This document shows, one piece after another, positions 39,292 through 52,609 of a stretch of 64,000 nucleotides of DNA. The notes beneath the pieces were generated by a model. That model did not search any database. It was not told the origin of the DNA and saw only the letters and a program-made list of their open reading frames with translations. Each line of letters begins with the position of its first letter. Position 1 is the first letter of the stretch. The position numbers and the translations under genes are program-made. Origin of the DNA: the human T2T-CHM13v2.0 reference genome, Homo sapiens; the NCBI RefSeq assembly GCF_009914755.1, contig NC_060931.1, one strand, 5' to 3'.

Positions 39292-39479
39292 AAAACTATT
39301 TCCGATTCACTGAGTCCAACTCCAATTTCACCAACCTCTCTTCCTCAGGCACCACAAACAAACGCATCTTACACTGCAAGCTTTTCTCAAGAACGTGAAG
39401 TTGTAGTTCCATACTGTTTTTTTCTGCAGATTCTCACAGTCGTCAATGATAATGCAAACAATAATGGATTCCTTTTAAC

Positions 39480-40360
39480 AAGAAAAATAAAAGATTGAAA
39501 CAAATTAAGCACAAAAATATGAAACATAAAAGTAGGAGAATGCAATTAATTCAACTAAACAGTAAAATTAATGGATTTTTAACTACTGAAAAGTGACCTG
39601 AATAGATAAATAAAATAGACAAATACCTAATAAGTACAGAATAAGTACAAAATAAAGAAATGACTGTCAGAAGAAGGGATATATAATCACAATAGAATAA
39701 AGACTAAAATATTTGGAAATTTAGAGAAAATGGGTAATATTCAAAAAATAATTAAAGTTAATTTTTTAAAATGTAGAACACCGAGACATATGGTAATGAG
39801 GGAATAATATCCTCCATCAGGAAGGTGTTTAGAAATGCCCATTAGTAATTAAGTCATAACTACCATATGATTCTTTTGAGAAATTTAGTTAAGTTTCAAA
39901 GAACAGAAATGTTCAATGCTATGCAAATGTTCACAGCCTACAGAAAAATACCAATCCCTCATTAGGCTAATATCACAGGTTGACAAATATAATACATATG
40001 CTCTGTAAATACATTTTAGTTACCAGTTTAATTATTAAAAATGAGTAAAATTACACCAAATTGAAGGTAAAAGAGTTTAAATAATATAATTCACCATATT
40101 CAACTAAGGTTTAGCTGATACAAATACAAGACTAGGATTGTGCATTTCATATAAAAATATTTCCTATTTCAGATGCCTTGTTAACACAAATTAATCAGTT
40201 ATGTTATAAACACATAGTTAAGGGCTGAAAATATTTGATAAAAATCAGCCAATATTTAAAACATAAAAGTGAAATTGCAATATAGGAAAAATGTCCAAAT
40301 ATGATAAAGCATCTTTGCCAACATTTAATCATACACATCATAATAAAAGTAAAACATTAA
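39480..40360 (+). mobile_element. Ancient degraded L1M ORF2 fragment
   Basis: A-rich strand with aataaaatagacaaa, tataattcaccata, aaaatatttgataaaaatcagc relics. Confidence 0.5.
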
Positions 40361-40365
40361 ATTCA

Positions 40366-40648
<283 letters not shown>

Positions 40649-41522
40649 TCTGAGTCCCTTGAAACCATGTCACCTGCTGTGGGGATACCAAGATCTCTTT
40701 CCTAGATTTCAGGGAAGCAGGTTATAAGACCAGGATAATGCTATGCCTAAAAGCAGGGATAGTTGTTTATTTTATAGAAAAACATTTCAGGATATTATTT
40801 TAATATTTTGGATTGTTTCTAAATTTAAAGCTAAGTCTAAAATCTATTTAGATTATTAAAGATGGAAGTTTATTTCAATATTCTGTATATTTAAATGACT
40901 AATATTTAGTGTTACAAATAAGAATTTTCAAGATAAATCTCAATTTCACAGTGAAAAAAAATAATCACTTGTGATTTAAATGAAATTTTATTAGTTAAAA
41001 AATTTTCTCCCTGAATCTGTAATAGAAAATAATAATAACAATAAAAATGCGACCACCTTGAATGCATTTCATTTTGACATCCTAAAATCCACACATACAG
41101 CCAGGTTTCTTGTCATAGTAATCAAAATAATCTGCCATTTTCATTTCACTACAGTAGGACACTTCTATTTTTATACCTGATCTTCATAATCATTATTTTA
41201 ATTACATGTATAATATTTTATAGTATTTGTGTACTATGATTTAACACTTAACATTAGATAATTAGATTACTTTGAATTTTCAAATTTTACTTAATACATA
41301 TTATTGAGTAATATTTTTGTGATAATTTACTTTTGTTTTTGAGTGATTTTTGGAAAATATAGAAAAGAAATAATTATTCATTTGAATTATTAATATTATA
41401 ATAATTCATTAATTTTCATATCAATAAAAAACAAAGGCTTATGACTCTTGCTAGTCAAGGCCATTTTATTTAACAGAAATGTGCATTTTATAAGCCCTTC
41501 TTGAAGTAAATATTTATACTAA

Positions 41523-43795
41523 TTTTAATTTTTTTTAATTATACTTTAAGTTCTAGGGTACAAATGCACAACGTGCAGGTTTGTTATGTTGGTGTGCTGC
41601 ACCCATTAACTCATCATTTACACTAGGCATATCTCCTAATGCTTTCCCTCCCCGCTCCCCGCACCCGACAACAGGCCCCAGTGTGTGATGTTCTCCTTCC
41701 TGTGTCCAAGTGTTCTCATTGTTCAATTCCCACCTATGAGTGAGAACATGCAGTGTTTGGTTTTTTGTCCTTGCGATACTTTGCTGAGAATGATGGTTTC
41801 CAGCTTCATCCATGTCCCTACAAAAGACATGAACTCATCATTTTTTATGGCTGCATAGTATTCCATGGTGTATATGTGCCACATTTTCTTAATCCAGTCT
41901 ATCATTGATGGATATTTGGGTTGGTTCCAAGTCTTTGCTATTGTGAATAGTGCTGCAATAAACATATGTGTGCATGTGTCTTTATAGCAGCATGATTTAT
42001 AATCCTTTGGGTATACACCCAGTAATGCGATGGCTGGGTCAAATGGTATTTCTAGTTCTAGATCCTTGAGGAATTGCCACACTGTCTTCCACAATGGTTG
42101 AACTAGTTTACACTCCCACCAACTGTATAAAAGTCTTCCTATTTCTCCACATCCTCTCCAGCACCTGTTGTTTCCTGACTTTTTAATGATTGCCATTCTA
42201 ACTGGTGTGAGATGGTATCTCATTGTGGTTTTGATTTGCATTTCTCTGATGGCCAGTGATGATGAGCATTTTTTCATGTGTCTGTTGGCTGCATAAATGT
42301 CTTCTTTTGAGAAGTGTCTGTTCATATCCTTCACCCACTTTTTGATGGGGTTTTTTTTTTCTTGTAAATTTGTTTGAGTTCTTTGTAGATTCTGGATATT
42401 CACCCTTTGTCAGATGAGTAGATTGCAAAAATTGTTTCCCATTCTGTAGGTTGCCTATTCACTCTGCTGGTAGTTTCTTTTGCTGTGCAGAAGCTCTTTA
42501 GTTTAATTAGATCCCATTTGTCAATCTTGGCTTTTGTTGCCATTGCTTTTGGTGTTTTAGACATGAAGTCCTTGCCCATGCCTATGTCCTGAATGGTATT
42601 GCCTAGGTTTTCTTCTAGGGTTTTTATGGTTTTAAGTCTAACATTTAAGTCTTTAATCCATCTTGAATTAATTTTTGTATAAGGTGTAAGGAAGGGATCC
42701 AGTTTCAGCTTTCTACATATGGGTAGCCAGTTTTCCCAGCACCATTTATTAAATAAGGAATCCTTTCCCCATTTCTTGTTTTTGTCAGGTTTGTCAAAGA
42801 TCAGATGGTTGTAGATGTGTGGTATTATTTCTGAGGGCACTGTTCTGTTTCATTGGTCTATATATCTGTTTTAGTCCCTGTACCATGCTGCTTTGGTTAC
42901 TGTAGCCCTGTAGTATAGTTTGAAGTCAGGTAGCATGAGGCCTCCAGCTTTCTTCTTTTGGCTTAGGATTGTCTTGGCGATGTGGGCTCTTTTTTGGTTC
43001 CATATGAACTTTAAAGTAGCTTTTTCCAATTCCATGAAGAAAGTCATTGGTAGCTTGATGGGGATGGCATTGAATCTAAAAATTACCTTGGGCAGTATGG
43101 CCATTTTATGATATTGATTTTTCCTATCCATGAGCATGGAATGTTCTTCCATTTGTTTGTGTCCTCTTTTATTTTGTTGAGCAGTTGACCTCTCCTTGAA
43201 GAGGTCCTTCACATCCCTTGTAAGTTGGATTCCTAGGTATTTTATTCTCTTAGAAGCAATTTTGAATGGGAGTTCACTCATGATTTGTCTCTCTGTTTGT
43301 CTGTTATTGGTGTATAAGAATGCTTGTGATTTTTGTACATTGATTTTGTATCCTGAGACTTTGCTGAAGCTGCTTATCAGCTTAAGAAGATTTTGGGCTG
43401 AGACGATGGGGTTTTCTAAATATACAATCATGTCATCTGCAAACAGGAACAATTTGACTTCCTCTTTTCCTAATTGAATACCCTTTATTTCTCTCATTTG
43501 CCTGATTGCCCTGGCCAGAACTTCCAACACTATGTTGAATAGGAGTGGTGAGAGAGGGCATCCTTGTCTTGTGTCAGTTTTCAAAGGGAATGCTTCCAGT
43601 TTTTGCCCATTCAGTATGATATTTGCTGTGGGTTTATCACAAATAACTCTTATTATTTTGAGATATGCCCCATCAATACCTCCCTGGGATGCAAGGCTGC
43701 TTCAACATATGCAAATCAATAAACGTAATCCAGCACATAAACAGAAACGAAGACAAAAACCACATGATTATCTCATAGATGCAGAAAAGGCCTTT
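41523..43795 (-). mobile_element. L1PA5/6-like 2.3-kb element with a 5' inversion (43682-43795 in + orientation)
   Basis: ORFs 42871..43584 ([17 protein letters not shown]), 42400..42840 and 41723..42403 (to FSLIGGN); 3'UTR and poly-T; sense piece ccctgggatgcaaggc...gcagaaaaggccttt. Confidence 0.97.
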
Positions 43796-44599
43796 AATGT
43801 GATATTTTAAAAATTAAATACTTTTTAAAATAATTCACTTTAGTAATCCAATTATGTTTATTTGTATTTCTTTGATTATTAATGTTCGCGAGCATCAATG
43901 TTATTTACTTTTGTAAATTACATTGGAGAAATTGTTAAGTTATTCATTCTTATGAGTAGGCAAATTAAATACCTAATTGCATGCATCTGTCATTAGCTAC
44001 ATTTTTTCCCAGATGAATTTCTAAAACAAAGATAGAGTAGGAAAAAAAATATCTGCAATACTATTTTAAAATGCCTTTTATTCCTTGAGCACATATTGAG
44101 TTTTTATTTCTTAGTTGTGGCATATAAAAATATTTTTTATCTTATCAAGAGGATGCATGTCTCTTTGGGATTAGATCCTTAAAAGAATATGACACTTTAA
44201 TGAGTATGACACATGAGCTCTTACAAGTCTGATATTTAACAGATCAAGTTAAATTAAATAACAAAGAGACAGGTACCATATGGTAAGCTTCCTAGGAGAA
44301 ACTACAGTACACTTCTACTCTTATTATAATGATTTCTTATGCTCATTTTTATATAAAAGAAGAGGAAATGAGGAATCATTATGAGCAAAGAAAAAAGTAT
44401 AGCAGAGAATATTATTAGAGTTAACTAAACCTATCTTCTTCTATTCATCTAATTTAAGCATTTGTGAAGGGTTTATATGACCAGATTACAATAAAATTAT
44501 ATAGAATATAAAAATCTTCTTAGTCTTATAACTCCAGTGTTCGCAGCTCATTACTGCTAGAATTATTTTCTATGATAGAAATCTGCTATAAATATTCAC

Positions 44600-45330
44600 A
44601 CAAGATCCTTTGTCTGGCTTTAAGTAACGTTACCTGTTTTGATTTATACAAATCTCTTCTCCAGACCTTCTTCTACAATACCATAGAGTCAAAACACTTC
44701 AAACTTTCTCTCATTCTCTGAATAGGCTGTACATCAAGTTTTGCATTTTTCATATTCTTAGCATGTCTTTCTCCATCTGTGTTAGTTTCCTATTGTTATC
44801 TGTAACAAACTTTCACAAACTTAGTGGCTTAAAAACAACACCAATTATTATTTTACAATTCTGAAGAAGTCTAAGATGGGTCAACAGGACAGCAGTTCCT
44901 CTCGAGATTCTAGGGGAGAATTAATTTCTTGCCTCTTCCATTTTCTAGAAGATGTATGCATTACTTGGCTCATGGCCCTGCAACAATTCAACCTCTGCCT
45001 CTTTTGTCACATCTTCTTCTCTGAGGCTGATCCTCTCACTTCTCTCTGGGGTTCTTGATTACATCAGGCCCATATGGTGGGATAATATCCATTTTAGATA
45101 TTTAATTTAATGCCATTTGCAAAGTTCCTTTTTCATTTTCAGTAGCATATTTACAAGTCAGGACATGGACATATTTTAGAAGGCATTATGCTGCCTACTA
45201 CATCTTTTCTACCTAAAAAATTGGTAGTCATTCCTCCTGTTCCAAGTTCAAATGTCACCCCCTCATGAGATTTTTATCTCCAGATGGAGGTGATGTGGTC
45301 TTCCTTCTCTTTCTTCAGGGACTCTAATGG
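44600..45330 (+). mobile_element. L2 fragment split by MLT1D
   Basis: cttcaaactttctctcattctctgaataggc, ttcaaatgtcaccccctcatgaga. Confidence 0.45.
44778..45202 (-). mobile_element. MLT1D-like solo LTR
   Basis: tgtgttagtttcctattg, cacaaacttagtggcttaaaaacaac, tctaggggagaat, cttggctcatggccc, ctgcctactaca. Confidence 0.88.
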
Positions 45331-45574
45331 CTAATAAACTTGCCTTCTTTCCTTTTGACCCCTTTAATTTTTCTATTCATGAAGGCTATTTTTCACCAAT
45401 TTTATTTTCATTAATTTGTCCATCTTGTCTATCCACAGAGACATTTTCTTTTTTAAAAATCTGCCTATCTTATTAAAGTTTGCTATTTTTCAATATAATA
45501 ACTTCCATGTATTAAAATATGCTATTTTACACCTTACTATTTGAGGAAGGCCAATAACATAAATAACTGAGGAA

Positions 45575-48500
45575 AGTGGGGCAAGATTGATGAAAAGAAG
45601 GCTCCAACAATTGTCCGCCCTATAGGAACACCAAATTGAAGAACTATCCGCACAAAACAAAGCACCTCCATAAGAACCAAAAATCAGGAGTACAATCACA
45701 GTGTGTGGTTTTAACATTATATTAAGGAAAGAGGCACTGAAGAGGAAAGACAATCTTGAATCACCTACACCAGCCCTCCTTCATCCCCCAGCAATGGCTG
45801 AGTGGTATGGAAAGACAATCTGTGCATTCAGGGGAGGCAGCAAACAGTAATTGTGTGACTTGACGTTGAAACTCAGTACTGCCCTGTCACAGCAGAAAAC
45901 AACACAGGGCAAAACTCAGCCAGTGCCTACAGACAGAGCTTCTCTAGCCAGAGGAAAATTCTCCATTTCAGTGGTAGGAGCCTGAGTTCAGGCAAGACCC
46001 ACCACTATGGGCTAAAGTTCTCAGGGGTCTTAAATAAACTTAAAAGGCAGTCTAGGCCAAAGAGACTTCAATTCCTGGACAAGTCCTGGTGATGTGCTGG
46101 GCTTGAAGCTAGTGGATATTGGGTGGAGATGACCTAGTGAAACACCAGCTAGTGCATCCAAGAGAGTGCTTGCATCATCGCTGCCCCAAACACAGGCAGC
46201 ACAGTTTGCAGCTCTGGAAGAGACTCCTTCCCTCCTCCTAAGGAGAGGAGAGGGGAGAATAAAGAGGACTTTGTATTGAAACGTGGACATCAGTGTAGCT
46301 ACCGAAGAATAGGGTATCAGGAACAGTCTTGAGGTCCCCATTCCAGGCCCTAGCTCCTGGTTGACATTTCTAGACACACCCTGGGCCAGAAGGGTACCTA
46401 TTGCCTTGAAGGGAAAGATCCAGTCCTGGCAAGATTTATCACTTGCAGACTTAAGAGCCCTTGGGCCTTCAATAAACATCAGTGGTACCCAGGCAGTTCT
46501 CACCACAGGCCTTGAGTGAGACCCAGGGCCATGTTGGCTTCAGGGGTGACCCAGCACATTCTCATCTGTGGGAACCATGGGGAGAGACTCCTTCTGCTAG
46601 AGAAACAAGAGAATGAATGAAGGGGACTTTGTCTTAGAGCTTAGTTCCTAGCTCAGCCACAGTGATGTAGAGAAACAAGTAGGTTGATGGGGTCCCCAAT
46701 TCTAGGCCCTGGCTCTTGGACAGGATTTCTGGGCCTGCCCTAGGTGAGAGAAGAGCCTGCTGACCTGAAGAGACAGAATCAGATCAGGCAGGATTCAGTG
46801 GCCCCTTAATGAACATTGGCAGTAACCAGGCAGTAATTGCCACAGACCTGGGATGGTGGTGGCCATGGGAAGAGACTCTTCTGCTTGAGGAAAAGGGAAG
46901 GAAGAGTGGAAAGGACTTTGTCTTACAGTGTGTGTACCAGCTCAGCCACAGTAGCATAGAGCACCAGGTAGATTCTCATGCTTCCTTTCACGAGGTTCTG
47001 TCTATCAGATGGCATCTCTGGACCCAACCAGGGCTGAAGGCAATTCATGTCCCTGAAGGGAAGGACACAGACCTGGTGGAATTTGTCTTCTGCTGATTGT
47101 AGAGCCCTTGGGCCTTGAGAAAACATAAGTGGTAGCCAGGCAGTAGATACCTTAAGCCTTGGGCAAGACCAAGTGTTGTGCTGGCTTTGGATCTGACTCA
47201 GCACAGTCCCACTACTGGTGCTCACAGGGGTGCATGTGTCACCCATACCCCAGGTCCAGGCAGCTCAGCACAGAGAGACAGACACTTTGTTTGGTTGGGG
47301 GGAAGTAAAGGAAAAGAACAAGAGTTTCTACCTGATATCCCAGGACATTTTCCCAGATCTCACCCAAGACGACCAAGATAGTACCCGTATAAATCTGAAA
47401 GAGCCACAGTATTTTTGTGCATGGGGTGCTCCCTAATGCCTACATGGCTACAGTGACCAAAGACTAAGGTCCCAACACCCAAGTCCCTTTTAATACTTGG
47501 AAAAACTTGCCAAGGACATGTATAAACAATCCAAGACTGCAAAAATTACAATCAATATCTAACTCTTCAATGCCAAGAAAAAAAAACGATGGACATCCAC
47601 AGGCATCAAGACCATCCAGGAAAATATGATCTCACCGAATGAACTATATAAGATATCAGTGATCAATTCAAGAGAGACAGAGATATACACAAAATATAAC
47701 ACAATAAATTAAGGCTTATCACAATAAAAATATCCTTCATTAAAATAAAGACAGGAAGGAAGAAAACATCACAAAACAACCAGAAAACAAATAAAAAAAT
47801 GGCAGGAGTCAATTCCTATTTATCAATAATAACATTGAATGAAAATGGACCAAACTCTCCAATCAAAAGACATAAAGAGGAGAAATGGATGAAGAAAACC
47901 AAGGCCCCAAAATTATGTTGCCTACAAGAAACATATTTTGGCTATAAAGGCATACATCCACTAAAAATAGAAGGATGGAAAAAGATATTCCATGCCAATG
48001 GAACCAAAAAAAGAAAAAAAGTTGTCTATATTTATATTGGACAAAATAGATTTTAAGACAAAAACTATAAAAAGAGGCAAATGTCAGAATATAATGATAA
48101 AGGGGTCAGCTCAGCAAGAGAATATAACAATTGTAAATATACGTGCACCCAACAATGGAGCACACAGATATATAAAGCAAATATTATTAGAGCTAAAGAG
48201 AGAGCTAGACCTCAATGAAATAATAGCTGGGGATTTCAACACCACATTTCAGCATTGGAAAGATCATACAGACAGAAAATCAACAATGAAACATCGGATT
48301 GAAGGTGGACTATAGACCAAATGGACCTAATAGATGTTGCACAGAATATTTTATCCAATGACTGCAGAATTCACATTCTTCTCCTCAGCCCATGGATCAT
48401 TTTGAAGGGTATGTTATGTCACAAAGCTAGCCTTAAAAATTCCAAAATTACTGAAATTATATTAAATATCTTTTCTGACTACAAGGCAGTAAAACTAGAA

Positions 48501-51500
48501 ATCAATAACAGAGAAATTTTGGAAACTATGCAAGCACATGGAAATTAAATAATATTCTCCCAAATGACTAGTGTGTCAGTGCAAAATTTAAGAAGAAAAT
48601 CTAAAAAAAAAAAACAAATGCACATGGAAACACAACATATCAAAACCTGTGGTATTCATCAAAAGCAGTACTTCGAATGTTTATAGCAAGTGCTTCAATC
48701 AAAAAAGTAGAAAAACTTCAAAAAACTACTTAATGATACATCTTAAAGAACTAGAAAAGAAAGAGCAAAGTAAACCCAAAATCAGTAAAGGAAAAGAAAT
48801 AATAAAATCACAGCATAAATAAATAAAATTTAAAAGAAAAAACCCCAAAAGTTGTTTTTTTTTAAGTTAAATAAAATTGACAAATATTTAGCTTGACTAC
48901 CCAAAAAAGAGAAGATCCAAATAAATAAAATCAGACACGAAAAAGAAGATATTACAACTGATACTTCAGAAATTCAAAGGATTCTTAGAAGCTGCTATGA
49001 GCAGCTACATGTCAAGTAATTGGAAAACCTTCATGGTCAAGATTTGACCATGTAGAAATAGAAAACCTGAACAAGCCAATAACAAATACTGAGATCGAAG
49101 CCCTAATAAAAATGCCTTCCAGCAAAGAAAATCCAGGAATTGATGGTTTCACTACTGAATTTTACCAAACATTTGTACAAAAAGCTAATACCAATCCAAC
49201 TCAAAATATTTTGAATAGTAGTGGATGGAACACTTCCACACTCATTCTATAAGGCCAGTATTACTCTGATACCAAAGTCAGACAAAGACATATCGAAAAA
49301 AGAAAACTACAGGCCAATATTCCTGAAAAACATTTATGCAAAAATTATCAACAAATTAGTAGCAAAGTGAATTTGATAATACATTGAAACAATTATTCAC
49401 CATGACCAAGTAAGATTTATCTCAGTGAAGCAAGGATGCTCCAACTTGAACAAATCAAATAATGTGATATTAACAAAATGAAGTAAAAAATCGTATGATC
49501 ATTGAAATTCATGCTGAAAAAGCATTTAATAAAATTCAACATCCTCTCCTGATTAAAACTCTCAAAAAACTGGATATAGACGGAACAATCCTCAACAGAA
49601 TAAAAGCCATATACAATACACCCACATTTAGTATAATACTAAATGCAGGAAAACTGAAAGCCTTTCCTCTAAGATCTGTAACAAAACAAGGATGCCCACT
49701 TCACCAGTGTTATTCAACATAGTACTGGAAGTCCTAGCTAGAGCAAGCAGACAAGATAAATAAATGAAAAGCATCCAAATTCGAGACGAAAAAGTCAAAT
49801 TATCCTTGTTTGCAGAAGATATGATCTTATATTTGGAAAACCTAAAGACTCCACCAAAAAAATCATTTGAATTGATAAATTCAGTAAAGTTACAGAAAAA
49901 GAAATCAACATGCAAAAATCAGTAGCATTTCTATAAGCCAACATGAACAATCTGACAAAGAAATAAAAAAGTAATGCCGTTTACAATAGCCACAGATAAA
50001 ATTAAATACCTAGAAATTAACTTAATCAAAGAAGTTAAGGGTCATTTTAATGAAAACTGTAGAAAATTCACCAAGGAAATTAAACAGGATGCAAAAAAGA
50101 TGGAAAGATATTGCATGTTCTTGGATTGGAAGAATCTATATTGTTAAAAGCAATTCAATATTATTTTAAGCATCTACAGGTTGAATTCAATCCCTATCAA
50201 AATATCAATGACATTCTTCACAGAAATTGAGAAAAACAATCCTAAAATTTATATGGAACCACAAAAGACTCAGAATAGTCAAAGCTACCCTGAGCAAAAA
50301 GAACAAAACTGAAGGAATCACATTGCCTGACTTCAAATTATACTACATAGCATTAGTAACCAAAACAGCATAGCTCTGGCATAAAAGAAACAGGCACCTT
50401 GACCAACAGAATACAATATAAAATGCAGAAATAAATCCATACATCTGCAGTGAATTCATTGTTGAAAATGGTGCCAAGAACATACATGGGGAAAGGACAA
50501 TCTGTGAAACACATGGTGCTGGGAAAACCGGGTATCCACATGCAAAATAAGAAAACTTAACCCTCATCTCTCACCATATGCAATAATCAAATCAAAGTGG
50601 ATTAAAGACTTAAATCTAAGACCTCAAATTATGAAAATCCTATGAGAAAACACTGGGGAAACTCTCCAGGACATTGGACTGGGCAAAGATTAATCCAGTA
50701 ATACCCCGCAAGCAAAAGTAACTAAAGCAAAAATAAACAAATGAGTTAAAAAGTTAAAAATCTTCTGCTCCACAAAGGAAACGATCCAAAAAGTAAAGAG
50801 ACATCCCTCAAAATGGTACAAAAAATTTGCAAACTATCCATTTGACAAGATAGTAATAAGCAGAATACATAAGGAGCTCAAACAACTCTATAGGAAAAAA
50901 AGTCTGGTAATCTTATAAAAAATGGGCAAAAGATTTAAATAGACATTTTTTAAAAGAAGAAATACAAATGGCAAACAGACATGTGAAAAGATGTTCAATA
51001 TCATTGACTATCAGAAAAATGCAAATACAAACTACAATGAGATATCACCTCACCCCAGTTAAAATGTCTTATATCCAAAGACAGGAAATAACAAATGCTG
51101 GTGAGGATGTGGAGAAAAGGGAACTTTTATACACTGATAGTGGGAACGTAAATTAGAACAACCACTTTGGAGAACAGTTTAGAGGCTCCTCAAAAAACTA
51201 AAAATATAATTACTATATGATTCAGCAATCACATGGCTAAGTATATACTAAAATAAAGTAAATCAGTAATCAAAGAGATAATTGTTCTTCCATGTTTATT
51301 GCTGCATTATGGCATAATAGCCAAGATTTAGAAGCAACCTAAGTGTCATCCATGGATTAATGAATAAAGAATAAATGGTACATATACACAGTGGAGTACT
51401 ATTCAGTCATGAAAAAGAATTAGATTCTGTCATTTACAATAACATGGATGGAAGTAGAAGACATTAGCTTAAGTGAAATAAGCCAGACAGGGGAATACAA

Positions 51501-51905
51501 AATTTGTATGTTCTAACTCATCTGTGGGAGGTTAAAAAAAAAAACAGTTGAAATCATAGAGATAAAAAGTAGAATCATGTTTACCAGAGACTGGGAAAGG
51601 CAGTGGGGAGCAGACGGAATGTGCATTGTTAATGGGTACAAAAATAGAGTTAGACAGAATCAATAAGATCTAGTATTTGATAGAACAGAGTGACTACAAT
51701 CAACAATCATTTGTTGTACATTTAAAAATAACAAACAGAGTATAATTGGAATATTTTAATACAAAGAAAGGATAACTGCTTGAGGTAATGGATTCACCAT
51801 TTACCCTGATGTAATTATTATATATTGCATAACACCATCAAAATATTTCATGTACCCCATAAATACATACACCTATTATGTATATACAAACATTAAAAAT
51901 AAAAT
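45575..51905 (+). mobile_element. Near full-length L1MA2/3 (L1M1-type 5'UTR with monomer repeats), ORF1 almost entirely deleted
   Basis: 5' ggcaagat...gaaggctcc; ORF2 start MAGVNSYLSIITLN at 47799; colinear EN/RT/C-terminal relics; L1MA2/3 3'UTR (aataagatctagtatttgatag, atttaccctgatgt). Confidence 0.93.
46200..47200 (+). repeat. Three degenerate ~300-350-bp monomers in the L1 5'UTR
   Basis: ggactttgt recurs at ~46265, ~46624 and ~46913; ..tgaag..gccc..aacat..ccaggcagt recurs at ~46406, ~46766 and ~47053. Confidence 0.8.
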
Positions 51906-52609
51906 CTATATGTTGAAAATAAGTAAGCAAACAAATAAATAATATTACAATAATTGGGAATATGTGGAAAAAACACATAGAAATAATTTTATTTTAAAAA
52001 AGGTAGTAAGTGAAGAGTTTTTTTTTTTCAAAGTGTGTTAAATGCCAAAGCAAATAGTATATTTAACATTTGATTTTAAAAGATTGGGCTCTTTCTAGCA
52101 AACACTTAGTTGATAAAATATTTAATTATAAATACATTTTATATTATTTGTATTTGAATTATTGGCTACAGTAAATTAAATCCATCAAATTTAAATCCAC
52201 CACTGAGTTATGATTTTCACCACTGGAATTTTAGGGCATGTAATTAAAGACAACAGTAATGAAAAATTAACTTTACCTCAAATATCCTATCATTTGAGAA
52301 AAACTTCACATGGAAATATCACAAGGATGCTCTAATCATATGGAAATACCACAAAAACACACTAATGCTAACTAGCTATAAATCTTTTATTCATTATAGT
52401 AATTCAAAATATTAACTTTTTCACTTTTCTTAGAACTGTTTACCACAAGCATACTCTTATCTGAAATGGTTAAGTGAATTATAACCCATTTTTGAATGCC
52501 TGATAAATGTTGCATTTATATGTCTGCTCACTGAATTAATAAATATCTCATTCACAACATGATACTGTACTTGGAAACATTTGGGAATATAAATTTACTA
52601 TAAAAGTGA

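Noticed and set aside
41723-43584. Active reverse transcriptase gene
   Set aside because: 5'-truncated, inverted and split by several frameshifts and stops, with no promoter or EN domain.
46030-47436. Antisense ORFs and ~300-bp repeats as a novel tandem array
   Set aside because: They are the monomeric 5'UTR repeats of the old L1M1/L1MA element.
45553-51960. TSD for the long L1MA (aataacataaataactgaggaa versus aataatattacaataattgggaa)
   Set aside because: Too degenerate and AT-rich to separate from chance without an outgroup.
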